Positions 52,415 through 61,122 of a stretch of DNA of 64,000 bases are shown here, piece after piece (positions within the stretch are counted from its first letter, which is position 1; each line of letters starts with the position of its first letter). The stretch lies in assembly GCF_017306585.1 (NCBI RefSeq), contig NZ_JAFKIC010000120.1, positions 104 through 64,103 on the forward strand. Direction: 5' to 3'. The notes below the pieces were generated by a model. The model had not been told where the DNA came from. It worked only from the letters and a program-made list of their open reading frames with translations, and searched no databases. The translations under genes and the position numbers were made by a program. The stretch is from Mesorhizobium sp. (GTDB taxonomy: Bacteria > Pseudomonadota > Alphaproteobacteria > Rhizobiales > Rhizobiaceae).

Positions 52415-52563
52415 CACCTCTTGCCGGTTTGCGCGCCTTCGTCCATAAGCCGCCGTCGAAAGACTTTCGCCGCGCGTGGTTTCCAGCCGCGTGATTGGCT
52501 CCGAAAAGTCTGCAACTTTTCGGAATCACGCTTATACGGCCCTCCACCAGCCATGAGGACATC

Positions 52564-53631
52564 ATGACCGCCTTCAAGCCTCTCGTCTTCTCCGGCGTCC
52601 AGCCGACCGGCAATCTGCATCTCGGCAACTATCTCGGCGCCATCAAGAAATTCGTCGCCCTCCAGGACACGTCCGACTGCATCTACTGCGTCGTCGACCT
52701 GCATTCGCTGACCGCCCAGCTCGTCCATCAGGACCTTGCCGATCAGACACGCTCGATCACCGCGGCGTTCCTGGCCTCGGGCATCGATCCGACGAAGCAC
52801 ATCGTCTTCAACCAGTCGCGGGTGATGCAACACGCCGAACTCGCCTGGATCTTCAATTGCGTCGCGCGCATCGGCTGGATGAACAAGATGACGCAGTTCA
52901 AGGACAAGGCCGGCAAGGACCGCGAGAACGCCTCGCTCGGCCTGCTCGCCTATCCCTCGCTGATGGCCGCCGACATCCTGCTCTACCGCGCCACCCACGT
53001 GCCGGTGGGCGAGGACCAGAAGCAGCATCTGGAGCTGACCCGCGACATCGCGCAGAAGTTCAACAACGACTTCTCCGACCGTATCGCCGCCCTGGGCGTC
53101 GGCGTCGAGATGCAGGTCGGCGAGGAGACCGTGAACGGCTTTTTCCCGATCACCGAACCGGTGATCGGCGGCCCGGCGGCGCGCATCATGAGCCTGCGCG
53201 ACGGGTCGAAGAAGATGTCGAAATCCGACCCCTCCGACCTGTCGCGCATCAACCTGACGGACGATGCCGACACCATCTCGAAGAAGATCCGCAAGGCCAA
53301 GACCGATCCGGAAGCCTTGCCGGGCGAGGTCGACGGGCTGGAGAGCCGGCCGGAAGCGGAAAACCTGGTCGGCATCTATGCGGGTCTGGCCGAAATGTCG
53401 AAGGCCGACGTGCTGAAAGAGTTCGGCGGCCAGCAGTTTTCCGTGTTCAAGCCGGCGCTGGCCGACCTTGCTGTGGAAAAGCTGGCGCCCATCGCCGGCG
53501 AAATGCGCCGCATCGAGGGCGACCGCGCCTATGTCGACGCCGTGCTCAGGGATGGCGGCGAACGCGCCGGCGTGCTTGCCGAAACCACGATGAAGTCAGT
53601 GCGCGACATCATCGGGCTGCTGCAGGGCTGA
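52564..53631 (+). CDS. trpS: Tryptophan--tRNA ligase
   Basis: The ATG at 52564 gives a HIGH-type motif [14 protein letters not shown] is present (KKMSKSD). The protein is 355 aa. Confidence 0.96.
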   Translation: MTAFKPLVFSGVQPTGNLHLGNYLGAIKKFVALQDTSDCIYCVVDLHSLTAQLVHQDLADQTRSITAAFLASGIDPTKHIVFNQSRVMQHAELAWIFNCVARIGWMNKMTQFKDKAGKDRENASLGLLAYPSLMAADILLYRATHVPVGEDQKQHLELTRDIAQKFNNDFSDRIAALGVGVEMQVGEETVNGFFPITEPVIGGPAARIMSLRDGSKKMSKSDPSDLSRINLTDDADTISKKIRKAKTDPEALPGEVDGLESRPEAENLVGIYAGLAEMSKADVLKEFGGQQFSVFKPALADLAVEKLAPIAGEMRRIEGDRAYVDAVLRDGGERAGVLAETTMKSVRDIIGLLQG

Positions 53632-53730
53632 CCCTCGGAACACTTCTCCATGTTGGCCCAAGGGCCGGCGGCTTGCCGCCGGTCCGCCGTGGTGGCAGAT
53701 TGCGGCCGAAATGACACCGAGTAGATAGAC

Positions 53731-54222
53731 ATGGTCTCCAAACGCCTCAGCCGCGAAGCCGGTCATCGCCGCAAATTCCTGACGATCATCGACGATACGC
53801 CGGAGTGCGAGCGCGCCGTTGCCTATGCCTCGAAGCGGGCGCAGAGCACCAGCGGCACGCTGGTGCTGCTCTACATCATCACTCCCGACGATTTCCAGCA
53901 CTGGCTCGGCGTCGAGAAGATCATGCGCGAGGAGGCGACCGCAACGGCGCGCGCCGCACTGGACAGTTACGCCAACAAGGTGCGCCAGAAGCTTGGCATC
54001 GAACCGGAAATGGTGGTGCGCGAGGGCAAGCCGACCGAAGAGATCCACAAGCTGATCGAGGAAGACCAGGATATCGCCATCCTGGTGCTCGCCGCCGGCG
54101 CCGGCAAGGAGGGACCGGGGCCGCTGGTCGGCGCGGTCGCCGGCAAGGGCGCCGCCTTCCCCATTCCGGTCACCGTCGTGCCGCAGAATCTGTCGGACGA
54201 AGAGATCGAGAGCCTCGCCTGA
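53731..54222 (+). CDS. Universal stress protein (UspA family)
   Basis: The 163-aa protein has a Usp-like pattern including the C-terminal VTVVP block. The assignment is by eye. Confidence 0.75.
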   Translation: MVSKRLSREAGHRRKFLTIIDDTPECERAVAYASKRAQSTSGTLVLLYIITPDDFQHWLGVEKIMREEATATARAALDSYANKVRQKLGIEPEMVVREGKPTEEIHKLIEEDQDIAILVLAAGAGKEGPGPLVGAVAGKGAAFPIPVTVVPQNLSDEEIESLA

Positions 54223-54355
54223 CGCCCGCCCGGGATTGATTCCCCAGCCAGCAAAAACATTCCGCCAGCCAGCCGTTCGGGCGACGCGTTTCGCTTGAAT
54301 GTCCAGCCGATAGAGCCTATTTAGAACTATTCCAAACTAGCTGCCCGAACAGGGC

Positions 54356-54937
54356 ATGGAGACGGCCATGTTCATCCAGACCGAATCGACGCCCAATCCG
54401 GCGACGCTGAAATTCCTGCCCGGCAAGGAAGTGCTGCTGGAAGGCACCGCCGATTTCCGCGATGCCGAAAGCGCCGCGGCCGCCTCGCCGCTGGCCGGCC
54501 GGCTGTTCGAGATACCGGGCGTCACCGGCGTCTTTTTCGGCTATGACTTCATCACCGTGACCAAGGACGGCCCCGACTGGCAGCACCTGAAGCCGGCGAT
54601 CCTGGGCGCCATCATGGAGCACTTCATGTCGGGCGCGCCTGTTATGGCGAGGACCGGCCCGGCCGCAGAAACCAGCGAGACCGGCGAATTCTACGACAAG
54701 GCCGATGAGGAACTCGTCGTCACCATCAAGGAACTGCTCGACACGCGCGTGCGTCCGGCGGTGGCCCAGGATGGCGGCGACATCACCTTCCGCGGCTTCG
54801 AGAACGGCACCGTGTTCCTGCATATGAAGGGCGCCTGCGCCGGTTGCCCGTCCTCGACGGCGACGCTGAAGCACGGCATCCAGAACCTGCTGCGGCATTT
54901 CGTGCCCGAGGTGCAGCAGGTCGAACAGGTCGCCTGA
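54356..54937 (+). CDS. NifU/Nfu-type Fe-S cluster assembly protein
   Basis: An Nfu_N-like N-terminus (FIQTESTPNPATLKFLPG) and a C-terminal NifU domain with CAGCPSS (CxxC) are present. The start may be the ATG at 54368. Confidence 0.88.
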   Translation: METAMFIQTESTPNPATLKFLPGKEVLLEGTADFRDAESAAAASPLAGRLFEIPGVTGVFFGYDFITVTKDGPDWQHLKPAILGAIMEHFMSGAPVMARTGPAAETSETGEFYDKADEELVVTIKELLDTRVRPAVAQDGGDITFRGFENGTVFLHMKGACAGCPSSTATLKHGIQNLLRHFVPEVQQVEQVA

Positions 54938-54983
54938 TTTTCGCACCGCTCGCCGGCTGCCGACGAGCCTATCCGCAAAAAAC

Positions 54984-55013
54984 AAAAAACCGGGCCGAAT
55001 TGCCCGGTTTTTT
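54984..55013. terminator. Bidirectional rho-independent terminator
   Basis: aaaaaaccgggc-cgaatt-gcccggtttttt has a 7-bp GC stem flanked by an A-tract and a T-tract. It lies between the convergent nifU-like and L,D-transpeptidase genes. Confidence 0.7.
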
Positions 55014-55090
55014 GTTTGGGACGTCCGTTGTTGCCTAGACGGTCCGCGTACGAAACTTGCCTTCCCGTCGCCGTGCGACGGGCATGATCC

Positions 55091-55708
55091 TTACATCACG
55101 ATGACCTTGGCGCCGACCGAGGCGCGATCATAGAGATCGATGATGTCCTGGTTCATCAGACGGATACAGCCCGACGACATCGCCTTGCCGATCGAATTCC
55201 ATTCCGGGCTGCCGTGCAGGCGGTAGCCCATGTCGCCGCCCTTGTTGAACAGGTACATGGCGCGCGCGCCGAGCGGGTTCTTCAGGCCCGGCTCCATGCC
55301 GTTGGCGAACTTGGCCAGTTCGGGCTGGCGCTTGATCATTTCACGGGGCGGCGTCCAGGTCGGCCATTCGCGCTTCAGCGCGATATGGGCGGTGCCGTGC
55401 CACTCGAAGCCCTCGCGGCCGACGCCGATGCCGTAGCGGATGGCGCGTCCATCGCCCTCGACGAAGTAGAGGAACTTGTTCTGCGTGTCGACGATGATGG
55501 TGCCCGGCTTTTCCTTGGTGTCGTAATTGACTTCCTGACGGTGATACTGCCTCGGCACCTTTTCGATCGGGATGCGCGGCAGTTGGTAACCGGCATCGGT
55601 CACCGCGCCATAGTCGTTGGAGAAGATCTGCCCACCGATGGTGCTGCAACCGGCGAGTGCAGTGGACAGCGCCAGTGCGGCAATGACTGCGAGCGACTTC
55701 ATGCGCAT
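55091..55708 (-). CDS. L,D-transpeptidase (YkuD domain) lipoprotein
   Basis: The ATG at 55708 gives MRMKSLAVIAALALSTALAGC (lipobox). The catalytic motif is HGSPEWNSIGKAMSSGCIRL. Confidence 0.85.
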   Translation of the reverse strand: MRMKSLAVIAALALSTALAGCSTIGGQIFSNDYGAVTDAGYQLPRIPIEKVPRQYHRQEVNYDTKEKPGTIIVDTQNKFLYFVEGDGRAIRYGIGVGREGFEWHGTAHIALKREWPTWTPPREMIKRQPELAKFANGMEPGLKNPLGARAMYLFNKGGDMGYRLHGSPEWNSIGKAMSSGCIRLMNQDIIDLYDRASVGAKVIVM

Positions 55709-55865
55709 GAGGTGATCCGTGCCCCGCCTAAAACCAGTGCGGCACGAGTCGGCCGCTTTGTCGCCATCATTCATGCTGGCATTTGCTTTGCTTGCCAAGC
55801 ACACGATGCCTATATGCGCAGGCTTAGAAGCTGGTAAGCGTAACACTATGGCATTTCGGCAACAG

Positions 55866-55885
55866 CCTTCACCGGATTGTGAAGG
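55866..55885. promoter_or_regulatory. Dyad ccttcac-N6-gtgaagg upstream of cueR (candidate MerR-type site)
   Basis: A perfect 7-bp inverted repeat is separated by 6 nt. Its half-sites resemble the CCTTCC/GGAAGG arms of CueR boxes. It lies 50 nt upstream of the cueR ATG. Confidence 0.3.
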
Positions 55886-55935
55886 AAATTCAATGGGTGC
55901 GACATCAAACGGTTACCTGGAATCGAGGAACAGCC

Positions 55936-56340
55936 ATGAATGTTGGTGATGCAGCCAATCGGTCCGGCCTGCCGGCCAAAACCATCCGTTACTACGAAGA
56001 GATCGGCCTGATCGCGCCCGCGCGCGCCGCCAACGGCTACCGCGATTACTCCGGCGACGACATCCACCGGCTGGCCTTTCTGCGCCGTGCGCGCAACCTC
56101 GGCTTTTCCATCGAGGATTGCCGCCAGCTGATGGCGCTCTACAGGGATCGCGGCCGCGCCAGCCACGACGTGCGCGCCATCGCCGCCTCGCATGTCACGG
56201 CGATCGAGGAGAAGGTGCGCGAACTGCAATCGATGCGTGCGACGCTGCAGAAGCTGATCCATGCGTGTCACGGCGACGAACGACCGGACTGCCCGATTCT
56301 GGATGATATGGCGGGAACCGCGGACCAGGCATCCGCCTGA
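55936..56340 (+). CDS. cueR: Cu(I)-responsive MerR-family regulator
   Basis: The ATG at 55936 gives MNVGDAANRSGLPAKTIRYYEEIGLI. The C-terminal metal loop CHGDERPDCP (C-x8-C) is as in CueR/HmrR. Confidence 0.85.
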   Translation: MNVGDAANRSGLPAKTIRYYEEIGLIAPARAANGYRDYSGDDIHRLAFLRRARNLGFSIEDCRQLMALYRDRGRASHDVRAIAASHVTAIEEKVRELQSMRATLQKLIHACHGDERPDCPILDDMAGTADQASA

Positions 56341-56360
56341 GACTGGGCCGGCATCCGATA

Positions 56361-57326
56361 CTATCCGCCGCGATGTTGCGTGGGCGATTCGCCGAAACGC
56401 GCCCGGAAACGGCGATTGAAATAGGACACGTCGTTGAACCCCGCGGCCAGCGCGATGTCGCTTATCTTCGTCGCATCGTTGCGGATGTCCGACAGCATGG
56501 CGCATGCCTTGAGCAGCCGGAGTTCCAGGACGCGCTCGGCAAAGGTGCGGCCGCTTTCGAGAAGAAGCGTGTTCAGGTAGCGGCGCGACAAGCCAATCCT
56601 GCGCGCCACCATGTCCGTCGACAGGGCCGGGTCGGCGAAACATGCTTCTATCACGGCCACGGCCTCGCGTAGCCGCGCCGCGCGCAGCCCGCGGGCGGTC
56701 GCGATTTGCGCGGAATCGCCTTCAGCCCCCAACGCGAGCACGATCAGGTCGGCCAGCGCTACTCCCGCCTGCCGTGAGAGCGCCGGATCGGCGTCCAGTT
56801 CCTCGGACTGGAGCAGGAAGTCGATCGTGCGTTCCAGATGTCGCACGGCGGAGTTGCCCGGATCGAGCCGCGTTACCGGGCGGTCGTCGGCACGCGGAAC
56901 CATCTTGAGCAATGACGCGCGAGGGATCGACGCCAATACCCAGGAGGTAACGCCGTCGGTGAAACTGCGGCAGGGTTGGGCGACATTGTAGGCAATGCCG
57001 TCGCCGCGCTGCAGCGACATTTCTCGATCGGCGACCGACCAGACCTGCGGCTTGGGACTCCGATAAAATCCCACGAAGATGTCGTCGCGATCGTTGGCGA
57101 CATGCCGTCGCGTGCGCACATAGTATTCGGTCGTGGTCTCGAAAAGGCCGACGCGAAGGTCGCCCAGGAAGCGCATTTCGGTCGCCGTGGCGAAACGCTT
57201 GTCTTCGGCATGCCTGATCTCCGCCGCGCCGAGCTGTTCCATCCACATGTCTCGCCAGAGGCGAAACCGATCCTTGTCGCTCAGATGGGAAGGGAGGCTG
57301 TCGGACGAAAAAACGATCTTCTGCAT
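56361..57326 (-). CDS. AraC-family transcriptional regulator
   Basis: A C-terminal double HTH is present (ISDIALAAGFNDVSYFNRRFRARFGESPTQHR). I prefer the ATG at 57326 (MQKIVFSS). Confidence 0.8.
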   Translation of the reverse strand: MQKIVFSSDSLPSHLSDKDRFRLWRDMWMEQLGAAEIRHAEDKRFATATEMRFLGDLRVGLFETTTEYYVRTRRHVANDRDDIFVGFYRSPKPQVWSVADREMSLQRGDGIAYNVAQPCRSFTDGVTSWVLASIPRASLLKMVPRADDRPVTRLDPGNSAVRHLERTIDFLLQSEELDADPALSRQAGVALADLIVLALGAEGDSAQIATARGLRAARLREAVAVIEACFADPALSTDMVARRIGLSRRYLNTLLLESGRTFAERVLELRLLKACAMLSDIRNDATKISDIALAAGFNDVSYFNRRFRARFGESPTQHRGG

Positions 57327-57606
57327 TGCCAAAAATCTGTTTGACCGACCATAGCCTATCACGGCCTTCGCGCTTCGGAAGCGAACAGAAGCAGGCAAGA
57401 GCCCTGCCGTCCAACTTCAGAGCCCCCCGGTCCAATCCCCGATCATTTGAGCCGCTTTTCGTTGCGCCGGCGCAACATTGCCGACTGAATTGCCGACTGA
57501 TCTCGCGGCCGACCTGTCCATCCAATGCCGGAGCCCATGCGTCCAAGACGATTGCCGCGAAATCGGCGATGGCTGCACGCACCGAATAAACATCGAGGAC
57601 CTTTGC

Positions 57607-58368
57607 ATGAGACTTTTGGCAGTGGCTGGCATCGTGACGATCGCAGGCATGTTGCCGCCGATGGCGTCGGCGGCCGACATGAGCGCCGCGGGACAAGCGC
57701 CAGCCCGGGACTGGAGCGGGTTCTATCTTTCGGCCGGCGGCGGGTTCGGATGGTGGAGCGCCGATCAGTACACGGATTTCGGAGGCTTTCCCGCGCCCGG
57801 GCCTTCCGAGCATACCTCCGGCAGCGGTGCCTTCGGCACGATCGGCGCTGGTTACGACTGGCAGTTCGCTCCGTCCTGGGTGGCTGGCGCTTTTGCCGAT
57901 GTTCAGTTCGGCGACATCAGAGGCACGATCAGGGCGCCTTTCGAGCAATATTCCGGCACCACGAGCGACAGGTTGAACATTGCGGCAGGGCTCCGTCTCG
58001 GCGTGCTTGCCACCCCGGACATGCTGATCTACGCCAATGGCGGCTACGGCCACGCCGAGTTCACGGGGTCCGGCCTCGACCCGACACCGCTGGTCCCACT
58101 GAGTGTCGCCGGACAACACTATGACGGCTGGTTCGTGGGCGGCGGCGTCGAAAACACGCTCGACTTCACGGGCATCACTTCGCCAGGCTGGTTCATGAAA
58201 ACCGAATACCGCTTCGCCGATTACGGCCGCAGAAACGCCGGCATGTATGTCGACGCCACCGGCGCCCCGGACAACGCCATCGCCTTCAAGCCTACCGTCC
58301 AGACAGTCTCGTTCTCGCTCGTCTATCGTTTCAATGCAAACAATGCTGGAGGCGCCGCCTCGCCCTGA
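57607..58368 (+). CDS. Outer-membrane beta-barrel protein (Omp25/Omp31-like porin family)
   Basis: The ATG at 57607 gives the signal peptide MRLLAVAGIVTIAGMLPPMASAAD. Alternating aromatic/Gly-rich strands follow, with a near-terminal VYRF. Confidence 0.75.
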   Translation: MRLLAVAGIVTIAGMLPPMASAADMSAAGQAPARDWSGFYLSAGGGFGWWSADQYTDFGGFPAPGPSEHTSGSGAFGTIGAGYDWQFAPSWVAGAFADVQFGDIRGTIRAPFEQYSGTTSDRLNIAAGLRLGVLATPDMLIYANGGYGHAEFTGSGLDPTPLVPLSVAGQHYDGWFVGGGVENTLDFTGITSPGWFMKTEYRFADYGRRNAGMYVDATGAPDNAIAFKPTVQTVSFSLVYRFNANNAGGAASP

Positions 58369-58506
58369 CGACCGTGAATAACTACCGGGCGGTTGTCAGT
58401 CGAGGATTTCGGATCGACCCAAACTAGCCCATTGCGCAGCGGCGGCAAGCAAGACGCGCTGCACAAACAGGTTCAAACCGTGAACAAAATCTGGCATGGT
58501 GCCGCC

Positions 58507-59007
58507 ATGCCGATCATTTCGCCGATTCCCCTCAATCCTCTCATCGACGGTCGCCAGTCCGAGCGTGCCATGCTGGTGCGGCGTGGCGTGCAGCGGCTGC
58601 TGATGCAGATGGGCGCGCATGTGCTGCCGGAACTGTCGCTGGCGACCGGCCGCCGCGCAGACCTCGTTGCCCTGACACGCCAGGGCGACATCTGGATCAT
58701 CGAGATCAAGTCCTCGATCGAGGATTTCCGGGTCGACCGCAAATGGCCTGATTACCGGCTGCACTCCGACCGCTTCTTCTTCGCCACCCATCCGGGCGTG
58801 CCTGCGGAGATATTTCCCGAGGAATGCGGCTTCATCCTCTCCGACGGCTATGGCGCCGAAATCCTGCGCGACGCGCCGGAGCACCGCATGGCGGCGGCGA
58901 CGCGCAAGGCGCTGATGCTGCGCATCGCGCGCGCCGGCGCCGCCAGGCTGCTGGCGGCGGAGCTTGCCGGCGTGTCGGTGCCGGCGCTGGAAGGGGAAAG
59001 CGAGTAA
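58507..59007 (+). CDS. MmcB-family protein (PD-(D/E)XK nuclease fold)
   Basis: From the ATG at 58507, RADLVALTRQGDIWIIEIKSS provides a D..E-x-K motif, followed by DFRVDRKWPDY, as in MmcB/DUF1052 proteins. Confidence 0.7.
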   Translation: MPIISPIPLNPLIDGRQSERAMLVRRGVQRLLMQMGAHVLPELSLATGRRADLVALTRQGDIWIIEIKSSIEDFRVDRKWPDYRLHSDRFFFATHPGVPAEIFPEECGFILSDGYGAEILRDAPEHRMAAATRKALMLRIARAGAARLLAAELAGVSVPALEGESE

Positions 59008-59012
59008 CGGCC

Positions 59013-60209
59013 CTACTCCGTCGCCTCGTCCGTGCCACCGGCCGCCGGCGCCAGCAGCAGCACGGCGGCACCGAGTATGGCGGCGACAAAAGAGCCGGCG
59101 AGGATGCCGACCTTGACGGCGTCCTGCAGCGCCACGTCGCTGGCGAAGGCGAGCAGGCCGATGAACAGGCTCATGGTGAAGCCGATGCCGCAGAGCAGCG
59201 AGATACCGATCATATGCGACCAGCCGGCATGGGCCGGCAGGTCGGCAAGGCCGAAGCGGATGGCAAGCGCGGAGGAGCCGAAGACACCGACCAGCTTGCC
59301 GATGACGAGACCTGCGGCGACGCCCAGCGTCAAGGGTTCGATCAGCGCGCCGAAGCTCAGGCCGGCAAGCGAGACGCCGGCATTGGCGAAGCCGAAGATC
59401 GGAATGATGACGAAGGGCACGATCCTGTGCAGTCCGTGTTCGAGCCGGTGCAGCGGCGAGTGGTCGAGATCGTGGCCAAGCCCCGGCGAGCGTTCGAGCG
59501 GAATGGTGAGCGCCAGCGCCACGCCGGCGAGCGTGGCATGGACGCCCGATTTCAGCACCAGCACCCACAGGATGGCGCCGAGCACGAGATAGGGCACGAG
59601 CGTCATAACCCGCATGCGGTTGAGCACGATGAGGACGGCAATGATGGCGAAGGCCGCGCCGAGATAGGCCAGCGACAGGCCGCTGGTATAGAAGATGGCG
59701 ATGATAATGACGGCGCCGAGATCGTCGATGATGGCGAGCGCCGTCAGGAAGACCTTCAGCGAAGCCGGCACGCGGCTGCCGAGCAGCGACAGGACACCCA
59801 GCGCGAAGGCGATGTCGGTGGCGGTCGGAATCGCCCAACCGGAGAGTGCCGGCCCGTTGTTGCGGTTGATCAGGACATAGACCAGGGCCGGAACCACCAT
59901 GCCGCCGGCCGCCGCGATGCCAGGCAGCGCCCGGCGCGGCCAAGTCGAAAGCTGGCCATCCAGCATCTCGCGCTTGATCTCCAGCCCGACCAGCAGGAAG
60001 AACACCGCCATCAGCCCGTCATTGACCCAGTGCGAGACGCTGAGCGGGCCGACATAGGCGTGCAGGACCGAGAAATAGGTTTCGGCGAGCGGCGAGTTGG
60101 CGACAATCAGGGCCAAGGCCGCCGCCACCATCAGGATGATGCCGCCCGCGGCCTCGCTGTCGAGGAATTCGCGGAAGACGGATACCGGCCGCTGCTTCAG
60201 ATCCTGCAT
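59013..60209 (-). CDS. nhaA: Na+/H+ antiporter NhaA
   Basis: The ATG at 60209 begins [27 protein letters not shown]. The conserved block is [20 protein letters not shown]. Confidence 0.92.
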   Translation of the reverse strand: MQDLKQRPVSVFREFLDSEAAGGIILMVAAALALIVANSPLAETYFSVLHAYVGPLSVSHWVNDGLMAVFFLLVGLEIKREMLDGQLSTWPRRALPGIAAAGGMVVPALVYVLINRNNGPALSGWAIPTATDIAFALGVLSLLGSRVPASLKVFLTALAIIDDLGAVIIIAIFYTSGLSLAYLGAAFAIIAVLIVLNRMRVMTLVPYLVLGAILWVLVLKSGVHATLAGVALALTIPLERSPGLGHDLDHSPLHRLEHGLHRIVPFVIIPIFGFANAGVSLAGLSFGALIEPLTLGVAAGLVIGKLVGVFGSSALAIRFGLADLPAHAGWSHMIGISLLCGIGFTMSLFIGLLAFASDVALQDAVKVGILAGSFVAAILGAAVLLLAPAAGGTDEATE

Positions 60210-60236
60210 GTCGCCTCCGTAATTTTTCCGAGCGCC

Positions 60237-60418
60237 AGCGCCGCCCCTCACCTGCCTGCCGGCATCCTCTCCCCGTCTAAGGACGGGGAGAGGGACGCTG
60301 TCATCGCCGGTTTCGCCAACGGCCAACACCGCGAGAGGAGCACTTTCGTCGCGACAAGCCCTTTCTCCCCGTCACTGTACGGGGAGAAATGCCCGGCAGG
60401 GCAATGAGAGGCGGCGCT
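60237..60418. repeat. Inverted pair of GC-rich hairpin repeat units (family B)
   Basis: agcgccgcccctcacctgcctgccggcatcctctccccg-tctaagga-cggggagaggg (60237-60293) and the inverted ccctttctccccg-tcactgta-cggggagaaatgcccggcagggcaatgagaggcggcgct (60359-60418) form the pair. Confidence 0.85.
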
Positions 60419-60494
60419 GACCTCGATAATTGATGGACTCCACTAAGAATTGGAAAATCGCCCTGATGCTACGTCCTGCGTATCCGGTGATCCC

Positions 60495-61058
60495 TCAGCG
60501 CGGCGCGCGCTTGGCCAGTATCCGCTGCAAGGTGCGGCGATGCATGTTGAGCCGGCGCGCGGTCTCCGAAACATTGCGCTCGCACATTTCGTAGACGCGC
60601 TGGATATGCTCCCAGCGCACCCGGTCGGCCGACATCGGGTTTTCCGGGGGCGCGGCGCGCTCGCCGCTGGTGCGGGTCAGCGCGGCGAAGATGTCGTCGG
60701 CGTCGGCCGGCTTCGACAGATAATCGACCGCGCCAAGCTTCACCGCCGTCACCGCGGTGGCGATGTTGCCATAGCCGGTCAGGATGATGGTGCGGGAATC
60801 CTGACGCTTTTCGCGGATAGCGGCGACGACGTCGAGGCCGTTGCCGTCGCCGAGCCGCATGTCTACCACGGCGTAGGCCGGCGGATTGGCCCGCGCCTTG
60901 CCGACCGCCTCCTCGACGCTTTCGGCTGTCTCCACCACGAAGCCCCTGGTTTCCATGGCGCGGGCGAGACGGGTGAGGAATGGTTTGTCGTCATCGACGA
61001 TCAGAAGCGAGGTGTCCTCGCCCTCGACCATTGCGCCAATATTTTCATCACCTGTCAT
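60495..61058 (-). CDS. actR: Redox/acid-responsive response regulator ActR (RegA/PrrA family)
   Basis: The receiver domain has LLIVDDD and VVDMRLGDG. The C-terminal Fis-type HTH is NVSETARRLNMHRRTLQRIL. I chose the ATG at 61058. Confidence 0.9.
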   Translation of the reverse strand: MTGDENIGAMVEGEDTSLLIVDDDKPFLTRLARAMETRGFVVETAESVEEAVGKARANPPAYAVVDMRLGDGNGLDVVAAIREKRQDSRTIILTGYGNIATAVTAVKLGAVDYLSKPADADDIFAALTRTSGERAAPPENPMSADRVRWEHIQRVYEMCERNVSETARRLNMHRRTLQRILAKRAPR

Positions 61059-61122
61059 CGTCGTGGAAATTCCTGCTGCCTTAATTTTACGCAGATATAG
61101 TTTTGCGCCGCTATTGTCCAAT

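Noticed and set aside
8475-60418. The repeated hairpin units were considered as a possible CRISPR array.
   Set aside because: The units are scattered over 50 kb as singletons or inverted pairs. There is no regular direct-repeat/spacer periodicity and no cas genes in the window.
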